Source of the DNA: a virus
Length of the DNA: 64,000 bases
Strand: one strand, 5' to 3'
Virus record (IMG/VR): IMGVR_UViG_3300025405_000009
Location: 96,001-160,000 of that record
Under the pieces are notes generated by a model. It was given only the letters and a program-made list of their open reading frames with translations, was not told where the DNA came from and made no database searches. Within the stretch, counting starts at the first letter, position 1. Each line of letters begins with the position of its first letter. Shown here piece by piece: positions 10,042-19,161 of the stretch. Made by a program: the position numbers and the translations under genes.

Positions 10042-10895
10042 GTAATTTGATATCAGTATTTGGATCAACCGGTTTTATTGGTAAACGTTTTTGTAAAATA
10101 TACGAAAATAAAACTATTAAAATTGATCGAAATGATTATAAACCACAGTCAGATAATATTTTATATCTAATAAGCACTGTAGATAATTATAATGTACATA
10201 ATAATTTACATATTGATATTGATACTAATTTGACTGTATTAATGAACGTATTGGATAATATAAAGCATAATACATCAGCTACTTTTAATTTTATTAGTTC
10301 ATGGTTTGTATATGGTCAAAATCATGAAATTCCATTTAGAGAAGATTATTCAAAATGTAATCCAACAGGTTTTTACTCTATAACAAAACTTTGTGCTGAA
10401 CAACTAATAATTTCATTTTGTGAAACATATAATATTAAATATAGGATATTTAGATTAGCTAATGTAATCGGTGAGGGTGATTTTAAAATTTCTAAAAAGA
10501 AAAATGCTTTACAATTTTTAATTAAAGAAATTGTACATAATAGAGATGTGCCATTGTACTACGGTGGTGAAGTTTTAAGAGATTACATTTATGTTGACGA
10601 TGTTTGTAACGCAATTAAGCTTTGTATTGACTCGGCTCCAATTAACCAGATAATAAACATAGGTAGTGGACAACCATATAGATTTCTTGATATTATTAAT
10701 ACCGCTATTGATTATTCAAATTCAAAATCTGTTATACAACATATTGAACCAACAAATTTTCATAATATTGTTCAAGTAAGACATTCATATCTTGATATAA
10801 GCAAGTTATTATCATATGGGTTTAAATTAAAGTATGATATAAAGAGTATAGTTGAACGGCTTGTTAACTTTTATAAAAATGAATTATCAAAATGA
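10038..10895 (+). CDS. NAD-dependent epimerase/dehydratase (extended SDR)
   Basis: GSTGFIG, SSWFVYG, YSITK (YxxxK), RDYIYVDD, NIGSG. Confidence 0.85.
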   Translation: MSNLISVFGSTGFIGKRFCKIYENKTIKIDRNDYKPQSDNILYLISTVDNYNVHNNLHIDIDTNLTVLMNVLDNIKHNTSATFNFISSWFVYGQNHEIPFREDYSKCNPTGFYSITKLCAEQLIISFCETYNIKYRIFRLANVIGEGDFKISKKKNALQFLIKEIVHNRDVPLYYGGEVLRDYIYVDDVCNAIKLCIDSAPINQIINIGSGQPYRFLDIINTAIDYSNSKSVIQHIEPTNFHNIVQVRHSYLDISKLLSYGFKLKYDIKSIVERLVNFYKNELSK

Positions 10896-11569
10896 AAAAT
10901 GTAATCTTTATACATGCAGGTAATCTTATACACGATAAACACGGACACCCAAATTTTGATAGATGTCAAAATATTTTAAACGAAATTGCAAAATATATTT
11001 TAGACTCAAAAATATATGAAGATGTTGATTCAATTAATGTAGAGTTAGTAGGTGATAGAGATATTACCTTTAATGTACCTAAAGCTACAATTAATTATAA
11101 TGGTATAGATGTACAGCAGTGGGAATTTCCAACATTACATAAAATCATTAATCACGCAAGGCAAAATCCAACTGATAATATTTTATATCTTCATACAAAA
11201 GGATCTAGTAACTGTATACACGTACCAGAAATAAATTGGATAGAAGATGTAAGACGTTATCACCTTTATCAAAACGTTACAAGATACAAAGAGGCTTTAG
11301 AATTTTTAAAAACCTATGATACATGCGGAGCAGAATTTATTACAGATCCTGTAAATCATTATTCGCAAAATTTTTGGTGGGCAAGAGCAAGTCATATTAA
11401 CACCCTTATACTACCACAAGACAGACCTGTAATTTTTGATGAAAGGCACAAATGTGAATTTTGGATATGTTCTAATTCTAACAGTAGATATAAGAGTATA
11501 TACAACATATATAATCACTATATAGACGCTACGGATTTTTCGGAACATTTATATATTAATAAATTATGA
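10892..11569 (+). CDS. Conserved glycan-cluster protein (putative glycosyltransferase)
   Basis: EFPTL, ILYLHTKG, HYSQNFWWARASHI, CEFWI pattern typical of phage/giant-virus glycan clusters. Confidence 0.55.
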   Translation: MKNVIFIHAGNLIHDKHGHPNFDRCQNILNEIAKYILDSKIYEDVDSINVELVGDRDITFNVPKATINYNGIDVQQWEFPTLHKIINHARQNPTDNILYLHTKGSSNCIHVPEINWIEDVRRYHLYQNVTRYKEALEFLKTYDTCGAEFITDPVNHYSQNFWWARASHINTLILPQDRPVIFDERHKCEFWICSNSNSRYKSIYNIYNHYIDATDFSEHLYINKL

Positions 11570-12519
11570 AAAAAATAGTATACATTACAGGTTGTTTAGG
11601 TTTTATAGGTTCACATGTAACACGACAATGTTTAGAACGTGGATGGTATGTCAAAGGTGTAGATAAAGAAACATATGCAGCAAATCTTACTTTACTAGAT
11701 GAATTTAAGAAATATAAAAACTTTTCATATACAAATTGCGATATTAACGAATTGACATTTTTATATGAATGTGATTATATTATAAACACTGCAGCTGAAA
11801 CACATGTTGGTAATTCAATTGTAGATAGCAAAGACTTTGTAAAGTCAAATATTGATGGTGTGCACAACTTACTTGAGTTAATTAAAAATTATCGACACGA
11901 AACAAATAAAAAGCCAATACTACTACATTTTAGTACTGATGAAGTTTACGGTGATATTACTAACGGATCGCACATAGAGACAGATTTACTTAAACCTAGC
12001 AATCCATATTCTGCTACCAAAGCAGCAGCGGATATGTTAATATTAGCATGGAATAGAACGTATAATATAAATTATATTATTGTTCGACCAACAAATAATT
12101 ACGGTTGTGGACAATATGTTGAAAAATTAATTCCAAAAACATTAAAATATCTTGAACTCGGTCGCAAGATTCAGTTACATGAAGGTGGTACACCCATACG
12201 TAATTGGCTACATGCTGAGGATACAGCTAATGCTATTATGACAATTATTAATTCAGGTGTAACTAACGATATTTTTAATATTGCAGGTGGGTTTGAGCAA
12301 TCAAATATTGATACAGTTAAACAAATCATACAAAACTATTTTGGTACTTTAGATGGTTATGAGCAATATCTAGACTTATCATATAGTAGACCTGGTATGG
12401 ATACACGATATGCTCTTGATGATAATAAACTTAGATCACTTAATTGGATGCCTACAAAAAAATTTAATATTGAAATAAAAAATATTGTCAATTATTACAA
12501 AGAAAGATTTATATGGTAG
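11566..12519 (+). CDS. rfbB: NDP (dTDP-type)-glucose 4,6-dehydratase
   Basis: TGCLGFIG, DKETYAA, AAETHVGNSI, STDEVYG, PSNPYSATKAAAD, NNYG..QYVEKLIP; the nucleotide handle cannot be determined from motifs. Confidence 0.85.
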   Translation: MKKIVYITGCLGFIGSHVTRQCLERGWYVKGVDKETYAANLTLLDEFKKYKNFSYTNCDINELTFLYECDYIINTAAETHVGNSIVDSKDFVKSNIDGVHNLLELIKNYRHETNKKPILLHFSTDEVYGDITNGSHIETDLLKPSNPYSATKAAADMLILAWNRTYNINYIIVRPTNNYGCGQYVEKLIPKTLKYLELGRKIQLHEGGTPIRNWLHAEDTANAIMTIINSGVTNDIFNIAGGFEQSNIDTVKQIIQNYFGTLDGYEQYLDLSYSRPGMDTRYALDDNKLRSLNWMPTKKFNIEIKNIVNYYKERFIW

Positions 12520-12560
12520 TAGCTTGAAAACTGTTACTTAATATAATATACTATTAGCAT

Positions 12561-13211
12561 ATGCTGACAGCTGAGCAATTAATAAATTTTGAAATTAAAA
12601 TTGGTGATTTATTTAATAAAAAGCAAATAAAAGCACCTATACATCTTTATTATGGCAATGAAGATAAAATGATTGAAATATTTAAACGCATAAATTCTAC
12701 AAATGATTGGATTTGTTGCACTTGGAGAAATCATTATCAAGCTCTCTTAAAAGGCATTTCACCTGATTTACTTGAACAAAAAATTATTTCAGGTAAGTCA
12801 ATGATAATGAATCTACCTGATTATAGGTTTATCTGTAGTTCAATTGTTGGCGGTATTCCATCAATAGCAGTTGGTATAGCGCTAGGTGTTAAATTACAAC
12901 AAAGTAGTGAGCATGTCTGGTGTTGGATCGGTGATATGTCTGCTGAAACAGGTGCTTTTCATGAAGCATACAAATATGCAAGAAATTATACTTTACCTAT
13001 AACATTTGTTGTTGAATCAAATAAACTTTCTGTATTAACACCAACGGATGAAGCATGGAATCGTGATGTGCCCTATTTTATTGATAGAGTAGCTGACTTT
13101 AGATTAGAAATGAAAAATGATTGTATATACGAACAGCCTAATTTATTATATTATCAATATGAGAATACCAAATACCCGCATGCAGGTGCAGGTCAGCGGG
13201 TACAATTTTAA
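12561..13211 (+). CDS. ThDP-dependent dehydrogenase E1 alpha-like subunit
   Basis: APIHL..GNE, WRNHYQAL, SSIVGG, GDMSAETG (ThDP motif), VESNKLSV, YPHAG. Confidence 0.8.
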   Translation: MLTAEQLINFEIKIGDLFNKKQIKAPIHLYYGNEDKMIEIFKRINSTNDWICCTWRNHYQALLKGISPDLLEQKIISGKSMIMNLPDYRFICSSIVGGIPSIAVGIALGVKLQQSSEHVWCWIGDMSAETGAFHEAYKYARNYTLPITFVVESNKLSVLTPTDEAWNRDVPYFIDRVADFRLEMKNDCIYEQPNLLYYQYENTKYPHAGAGQRVQF

Positions 13212-13213
13212 AT

Positions 13214-13750
13214 ATGAATTATTTTAATGAATTAAAGCGAGCTATGAACTATCTTGCCAAAGATAGTCGTACAATTTTTATTGGACAGGCAGTAAAGTAT
13301 GGTGGTACGGGATTGTACGATACTTTAATTGAAGTACCTGATAATAAAAAAATTGAATTTCCAGTAGCTGAATATTTACAATGTGGTGTTGCTAATGGTT
13401 TAGCAATTCAAGGATTAATACCTGTATCTCTAATACCAAGATGGAATTTTTTGTTAATGGGAACAGATCAAATAATAAATCATTTAGATAAATTTATATT
13501 AATGTCAGATGGTAGTTGTACTCCCAACGTTATTATCCGTGTAGCTGTTGGTAGTGAACGTCCAGTCGATCCGCAAGATCAACACAAAGGCAATTTTACA
13601 GATGCATTTAGATCTATGTGTAAGACAATAGAAATAATAGAACTAAAAGAGCCCGAAGATATAATGCCTGCTTATATTAAAGCATTAACAAGAACGGATG
13701 GTAAGAGTACAATATTAGTAGAATTTGGTGATTTTATAAAAGAAAAGTAA
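13214..13750 (+). CDS. ThDP-dependent E1 beta/transketolase pyrimidine-binding subunit (short)
   Basis: FIGQAV, EFPVAE..QCGVANGLA, DQIINHLDK, DPQDQH. Confidence 0.8.
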   Translation: MNYFNELKRAMNYLAKDSRTIFIGQAVKYGGTGLYDTLIEVPDNKKIEFPVAEYLQCGVANGLAIQGLIPVSLIPRWNFLLMGTDQIINHLDKFILMSDGSCTPNVIIRVAVGSERPVDPQDQHKGNFTDAFRSMCKTIEIIELKEPEDIMPAYIKALTRTDGKSTILVEFGDFIKEK

Positions 13751-13751
13751 A

Positions 13752-14543
13752 ATGATAAATGTATTAATAACTGGATGTTCAGGTTATATTGCTACAGCAT
13801 TAATACATTCGTTACAAAAAAAGTATAATATTACAGCAATAGGTCGCAAAGATTTTAATTTGGCAGATCAAACTGCAACAGATAATTGGTTTAAAAATAA
13901 ACAATTTGATGTTGTATTGCATACAGCTAGTATATTAGGTGGTCGCTTTCAAGATAATAATAATAATGTTTTATTAACAAATCTTAAAATGTTTTTTAAT
14001 CTTGTTAAAAACAAAAATAAATTTAAAAAATTTATTAATTTTGGATCTGGTATAGAAAAGTACCCATATGAAAGTTATTATAGCTTGAGTAAAAGTATAA
14101 TTAAAACGTTTGTTGAACGCAAACAAACGTTTTACAATTTAAGAATATATGGTATATTTGATTCAAATGAAATGAATACACGATTTATTAAAAATAATAT
14201 AATAAATTATATTAATAAACAACCAATCATAATAAATCAAAATAGATATATGGATTTTATCTATATGGACGATTTAACAAAACTTGTTGAATATTGTATT
14301 GATAATACAATATTAAAAAAAACAATTAATTGTGTATACAAAGAAAAATATACACTTAATAATATTGCAAATATTATAAATTGTTTAGATACATATACAG
14401 TTCCTATTATTCTTAATAAGAAAGGTATGAATACAAAATATATCGGTACATTTAATCTACCAATTAATCCTATAGGATTAAAAGAAGGTATTAAAAAAAC
14501 ATTTATGCATTTGCAATCACAGCATACATCACATATAATTTAA
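13752..14543 (+). CDS. NAD-dependent epimerase/reductase (extended SDR)
   Basis: TGCSGYIA, FGSG, YSLSK (YxxxK), LRIYGIF, MDFIYMDD. Confidence 0.8.
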   Translation: MINVLITGCSGYIATALIHSLQKKYNITAIGRKDFNLADQTATDNWFKNKQFDVVLHTASILGGRFQDNNNNVLLTNLKMFFNLVKNKNKFKKFINFGSGIEKYPYESYYSLSKSIIKTFVERKQTFYNLRIYGIFDSNEMNTRFIKNNIINYINKQPIIINQNRYMDFIYMDDLTKLVEYCIDNTILKKTINCVYKEKYTLNNIANIINCLDTYTVPIILNKKGMNTKYIGTFNLPINPIGLKEGIKKTFMHLQSQHTSHII

Positions 14544-14545
14544 CT

Positions 14546-15130
14546 ATGATTATTAATATACCACTATATGACGGCGATCTTATTCATTCCCGCTTTGCCT
14601 ATAAGCACTTTCGTAAGAATACATTACCGATTGGAAATATTGTAGCGTTTCGTGCTCCTATGAAGGTTGAAGCTGAGGGCATGATTGATAATGAAGATAT
14701 TCTTAACGCAGATTATATCTATAGTGATGATGCAATTAATTTTTGCTGGGAGATTCCAAATCTTGATCCTTTCGGTGCTGTAGCTTTTCAACGTCTTCTT
14801 AATACTCAGATTGCTAATATTCTTAGTAGTAAGTATCTTAAAGCTCCGATCGAGGTAGATGGAGATGATCTTATTGTACATAAGGAGCATACCCAGGGCG
14901 GTGTTACTCAGATGAAAGGTAAATGCAGTGTGAGCATTACGTATTCAAAAAATAATGTCGCTCTGGGTCATACCGGTATTAATATTGAAGCTGGTAAGAA
15001 AGCACCAGCGTTTGCATATTCTACAAAGCTTGGTAACGCTGAGGCTGAGCAGTTTATGAAAGATATTATTGAAACGTTTTATGCAATGGTTGAGGATATC
15101 TTTATTGCAACATCTAAAGTAATTGCTTAA
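14546..15130 (+). CDS. DUF366-like protein (biotin/lipoate ligase-like fold)
   Basis: YDG..IHSRFAY, GNIVAFRAPM, D.ED, AINFCWE, AVAFQRL, DGDDL, KCSVSI, LGHTGIN match my recollection of DUF366. Confidence 0.6.
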   Translation: MIINIPLYDGDLIHSRFAYKHFRKNTLPIGNIVAFRAPMKVEAEGMIDNEDILNADYIYSDDAINFCWEIPNLDPFGAVAFQRLLNTQIANILSSKYLKAPIEVDGDDLIVHKEHTQGGVTQMKGKCSVSITYSKNNVALGHTGINIEAGKKAPAFAYSTKLGNAEAEQFMKDIIETFYAMVEDIFIATSKVIA

Positions 15131-15492
15131 TGACAATATTTGATATTATAAGTAATATCCTGTTTAAAAAACAAAATAATTGTCTATCAACAGTAGATCA
15201 AGAATCTGATTTTCAACCATATATAGTTAATAGATGGTTGAGTATGTATTCGCCTGTAATCGCTAAGCATTGTAATATATTAAACAAATATCTCAGTATA
15301 TTTGATAATAAGAAAGATCTTCTAACACTATTTACTGCAGTCTTCCCAAAGATGTCTTTTAAAAAAATAGAGTATATAAAAAAGGTAAAGGAAAATAAAA
15401 TTGACAAGGATGAAAATATTCCTTTACTTGCAACAAACTTAGAACTCTCAAAAAGAGAAATAGAACAATACATTGCATTTTTAAATAACTAA
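15130..15492 (+). CDS. Putative sliding-clamp loader small subunit (T4 gp62-like)
   Basis: FQPYIVNRWLSM motif; C-terminal LATNLELSKREIEQY; ~120 aa. Confidence 0.55.
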   Translation: MTIFDIISNILFKKQNNCLSTVDQESDFQPYIVNRWLSMYSPVIAKHCNILNKYLSIFDNKKDLLTLFTAVFPKMSFKKIEYIKKVKENKIDKDENIPLLATNLELSKREIEQYIAFLNN

Positions 15493-15507
15493 TATAATTA
15501 AAGGTAT

Positions 15508-15975
15508 ATGGTAGCTGATATTGACATGCTTGGTCCCGTCCCGAAAAGCTTAATTGACTTTTCTTCAATTCCGAAAAATTCTTTTAATTCAGTATTTTAC
15601 GGTTATAATCTTAAACACGTTTTAGATGATATTCTTCTCTGTACGTTTGTTGATGAGTCAACAGATGGCACAAGTATTATCCGTAATGGTCTACATGTAC
15701 CTGTTAATACAGATACAAAAGCTTGGCGAATTGGTCAAGTTATTCTTGCTGGTCCTAACGTTAAGCATGCTAAAGTTGGTGATTATGTTTGCTTTCCTAA
15801 CAATCTCGGTGTACCAGTAGCTAATTTAGATGTTGATAATTACGGTACGCTTAAGAGAGGAATTTTCCTTAATGAGCAACGTATTTTTGGTATTTGCTCA
15901 TTAAGAGGAGATGATAATGAAAGCGTCGCTAGCCACAATAAAAAGTCTACTACTAAACAACGTCGCAGAAATTAA
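15508..15975 (+). CDS. GroES/Cpn10-like co-chaperonin
   Basis: LDDILL, IGQVILAGPNVKHAKVGDYVCFP, FLNEQRIFGI. Confidence 0.65.
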   Translation: MVADIDMLGPVPKSLIDFSSIPKNSFNSVFYGYNLKHVLDDILLCTFVDESTDGTSIIRNGLHVPVNTDTKAWRIGQVILAGPNVKHAKVGDYVCFPNNLGVPVANLDVDNYGTLKRGIFLNEQRIFGICSLRGDDNESVASHNKKSTTKQRRRN

Positions 15976-16294
15976 ATTTTTGCGTAGGCGACCTAAGTTT
16001 GGTGGAACTGCTACCAGACGAATGCTCTGTACTAATTCTTTATCATTATTAAACAGTACAGAAGGTAGACTTGCTCTTAATTACAGGCGCGCCATTAATA
16101 TGCCAAAATTTGATCCTAATGCAAAAAATCTTGTTATAACATGGGACATTTTTATGCAAGACTACCGATGTATTAATATGGCAGCATGCGATTTGATTCA
16201 AGTAATACCTGCTAATAAAGAATTTTGGACATTCTTTAATGAAAAATTAGCAGGTATGAATCCCGTTCAAAAAATAACCTTTATGAATTCATGA
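15911..16294 (+). CDS. Conserved T4-like phage hypothetical protein (SH3/WYL-like)
   Basis: EIKFLRR...RRMLCTNS...VITWDIFMQDYRCI. Confidence 0.5.
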   Translation: MIMKASLATIKSLLLNNVAEIKFLRRRPKFGGTATRRMLCTNSLSLLNSTEGRLALNYRRAINMPKFDPNAKNLVITWDIFMQDYRCINMAACDLIQVIPANKEFWTFFNEKLAGMNPVQKITFMNS

Positions 16295-16638
16295 CACCGA
16301 CAGAAAACATTGAACAATTAATTAAGCCTCTCTTACTAAGAGATATATCTTTTACAATTGACAATAAAATTCTTAAAAGTGGTAAGTTAATTTTATTTTC
16401 TGTAAAAGACTTCTTTTGTGTTTTTACACTTACCACACCCGATCGTAGTAGTAAGCGATTTATATATGAAATACCATATCCTTTTACAACAAATGCTACA
16501 GTAAGCAGTTTAGAGTTTGATTATACGCTTGATAGTTTTTGTCTTAATAACATAAGAATATCAACAAATACTAAAAATATCACCTTCAATAGACCATCGA
16601 AAATGTTTAATAAAAAGGTAGTTGTAATAATGAATTGA
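16291..16638 (+). CDS. Hypothetical protein
   Basis: 115-aa ORF coupled to its neighbours (ATGA overlap upstream). Confidence 0.6.
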   Translation: MTPTENIEQLIKPLLLRDISFTIDNKILKSGKLILFSVKDFFCVFTLTTPDRSSKRFIYEIPYPFTTNATVSSLEFDYTLDSFCLNNIRISTNTKNITFNRPSKMFNKKVVVIMN

Positions 16639-16655
16639 CATGCTATAATCAATAT

Positions 16656-18290
16656 GTGACTGAAACATATATTGAGCATTTTCCATCCGGATTTATACCT
16701 TCTACCGGACAAATAACTGTTCTTAATGAAATTGAAAAAGCATTTAAGTCAAAAAAGAAAATAGTAATATGTTGTGCACCAACGGGGTCAGGAAAATCAT
16801 TTATAGCCAGAACGCTTGCTAACTTAAGTACAGAACCATCTAAGGAGTTTGTAAGACTTATAGAGAGTTATGATGCATATAAAAAAGACTTTGAAGGCAG
16901 TTATTCATATGGTTATGAGTGTACACAAGAACCAGCTTTCGGTACATTTGCCTTAACTATTACTAAAGCTCTTCAAGATCAGTATCTTGGATTGTTTAAT
17001 GATACAGCCATTTTAAAGGGTAAAACAAACTATCAATGTGATATTGATAATAATTTTGATACCGAATTAGCTCCATGCACATTTGCTCCTAAAATAAAAG
17101 ATCAATGTTGGATAGAAAATCGTTGTCCATATTACAACGCTCGTAATCAAGCTCTTATATCACAATTTACAGCGCTTAACTATAAAATGTTTTTAGCACT
17201 ACCAGAGCATGTAAAGCGTAAAAATTTTATTGTATGTGATGAAGCATCCGAGTTAGAAGATGAGCTTATTAGACAATTTTCCGCTGAGGTTGTATACGAA
17301 AAATTAGATAATTATAATATCAGTTATAAAACACTTGTAACTGATAATCAGCAAAGAGCTCTTAATTGGATAACAGAATTAACTATTACTATTAATGAAG
17401 AGTTAGAAAAACTCACTGCAAAGACATCAAATAAAGCTAAACCAATAACACTTACACAGTCTGAGCAAATAAAATACGGCTATCTTAAAAGCCTACATCG
17501 CTCTTTAACATCTCTTATATCTTTATGGAATAAAGGTGAATATGTTGTTGAGGTAGATTCAAAACATGTGTTAATAACACCGTTAAGAGCCGATTTTCTT
17601 ACAGATAATATTTTTAAGTTTGCGGATAAAGTGGTTTTAGTATCAGCCACTATTATCGATCATAAAAACTTTGCAAAGTCACTAGGTATTAAAGACTATG
17701 AGTATATTGAAATTGGTAGTAACTTTGATGCTAAAAAATCACCTATTTTTATATCGTCAAAATATAAACCTAATTATAAAAATCTAAAAAACGTATTACC
17801 GGGTATTTCTAGTCAAATTGAACAAATTCTCAATCACCATTCAAATGAAAAAGGATTAATTCATACACATTCGTATGAAATTACAGAATTTATACGTAAT
17901 CGAGTAAATAGCAGTAGACTACTCGTACGAGACACCAAAAATACTAATGAAGACATTCTTAAGCAACATATGGAGACTGAGGATCCTACCGTTCTTGTAT
18001 CACCTTCTATGGTATATGGTATAGATCTTAAGGATGATTTGGCTCGTTTTCAGATAATTGTTAAACTACCGTTTCTACCATTAGGATCCAAGCGTATTAA
18101 GCAGTTATTTGATATTGATAAGGAGTGGTATGAAAATAAAATGCTCAATGCAGTTGTACAGGCAGCAGGTAGGTCTACTAGAAGTAAAAATGACTACTCT
18201 TCTACATATATTCTCGATGGCAATTTCATAAACGTTGTTACAAGAGCTAAGAACAAGTTACCAAAACACTTCATCGAACGTATTCATTAA
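16656..18290 (+). CDS. DinG/XPD-like SF2 helicase with Fe-S cysteines
   Basis: APTGSGKS, LQDQY, KGKTNYQC..C..C..CPYY, CDEASE, VSATI, SPSMVYGID, VQAAGRSTR. The GTG at 16656 lies 6 nt after TGcTATAAT (the track starts at 16635). Confidence 0.85.
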   Translation: MTETYIEHFPSGFIPSTGQITVLNEIEKAFKSKKKIVICCAPTGSGKSFIARTLANLSTEPSKEFVRLIESYDAYKKDFEGSYSYGYECTQEPAFGTFALTITKALQDQYLGLFNDTAILKGKTNYQCDIDNNFDTELAPCTFAPKIKDQCWIENRCPYYNARNQALISQFTALNYKMFLALPEHVKRKNFIVCDEASELEDELIRQFSAEVVYEKLDNYNISYKTLVTDNQQRALNWITELTITINEELEKLTAKTSNKAKPITLTQSEQIKYGYLKSLHRSLTSLISLWNKGEYVVEVDSKHVLITPLRADFLTDNIFKFADKVVLVSATIIDHKNFAKSLGIKDYEYIEIGSNFDAKKSPIFISSKYKPNYKNLKNVLPGISSQIEQILNHHSNEKGLIHTHSYEITEFIRNRVNSSRLLVRDTKNTNEDILKQHMETEDPTVLVSPSMVYGIDLKDDLARFQIIVKLPFLPLGSKRIKQLFDIDKEWYENKMLNAVVQAAGRSTRSKNDYSSTYILDGNFINVVTRAKNKLPKHFIERIH

Positions 18291-18304
18291 TTAAATATTA
18301 ATGA

Positions 18305-19144
18305 ATGCAGGCACAAAGCTATTATTTTGAAACAAAGGACTTAATAACTCAATTTGTTGCAGCTTTTGATGATATTATTATCAAAAGATATGATAAAAAT
18401 CGTAACGCAATAAATAGCGTTCAAGTCCGTTATGTTTACTCTCCAAAACAGAGAGTTATGTATGATTTAGTAAATCTTGCACAAAATATTACAGTTCCTG
18501 TTGTAGCCATAAATATGACATCTATATCAAGAGATGTTAATAGAGTGTTTAATAAGCTAGATGGGTATTATGTACCAAGAGGCCTATCAGATGGCGATGG
18601 ACAACCATCAACAGCATTTTATAATTCACCAGTCCCTGTTAATATAAGCGTTTCAATGTCTATATTGACTAAGTTTCAATCAGACATGGACCAAATTATC
18701 TCAAATTTTGTCCCATATAATAATCCTTATATTATACTGTCATGGAAACTTCCAGAAGCACTTGTATCAAATGGATTCACTACACCACAAGAAATTCGTA
18801 GTGAAGTTCTCTGGGACGGTAATATTAATTTAACATATCCAACTGATATAAATGCTACTGAAAAATATAAAGTCGTTGCCGATACAAGTTTTATTATAAA
18901 AGGATGGTTATTTCCTGCTGTGCGCAATGATGCTGGAAATATTTATTATATTAATAATAATTTTCATAATGTGGGGTTAGTATCTAGTGTAGCGGAGTTA
19001 ACAGCGCGATCATATACATATCCTTTATCTTCCGGTCTCATTAGTGATATGGAAACTGTATCAATTTCCGGTAATCCACAAATATCTAATATATTTTATA
19101 ATAATCAGGGAGCTAACTCACCAACATATATCCCTTTAGTTTAA
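18305..19144 (+). CDS. Tail sheath stabilizer/terminator (T4 gp15-like)
   Basis: TQFVAAFDDIII.RY, VRYVYSPKQR, PVPVNISVSMSILTKFQSDMDQIISNFVPY; TAAATA 7 nt upstream. Confidence 0.75.
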   Translation: MQAQSYYFETKDLITQFVAAFDDIIIKRYDKNRNAINSVQVRYVYSPKQRVMYDLVNLAQNITVPVVAINMTSISRDVNRVFNKLDGYYVPRGLSDGDGQPSTAFYNSPVPVNISVSMSILTKFQSDMDQIISNFVPYNNPYIILSWKLPEALVSNGFTTPQEIRSEVLWDGNINLTYPTDINATEKYKVVADTSFIIKGWLFPAVRNDAGNIYYINNNFHNVGLVSSVAELTARSYTYPLSSGLISDMETVSISGNPQISNIFYNNQGANSPTYIPLV

Positions 19145-19161
19145 ATTAAATAATTACCAAC

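Noticed and set aside
12561-13750. Pyruvate dehydrogenase auxiliary metabolic genes
   Set aside because: Short alpha and truncated beta subunits, no E2/E3, and embedded among sugar enzymes; a role in sugar C-C ligation is more plausible.
16635-16649. TTGACA and TATAAT as one promoter
   Set aside because: They are only 3 nt apart. The TATAAT more likely acts as an extended -10 (TGcTATAAT) for the GTG start at 16656.
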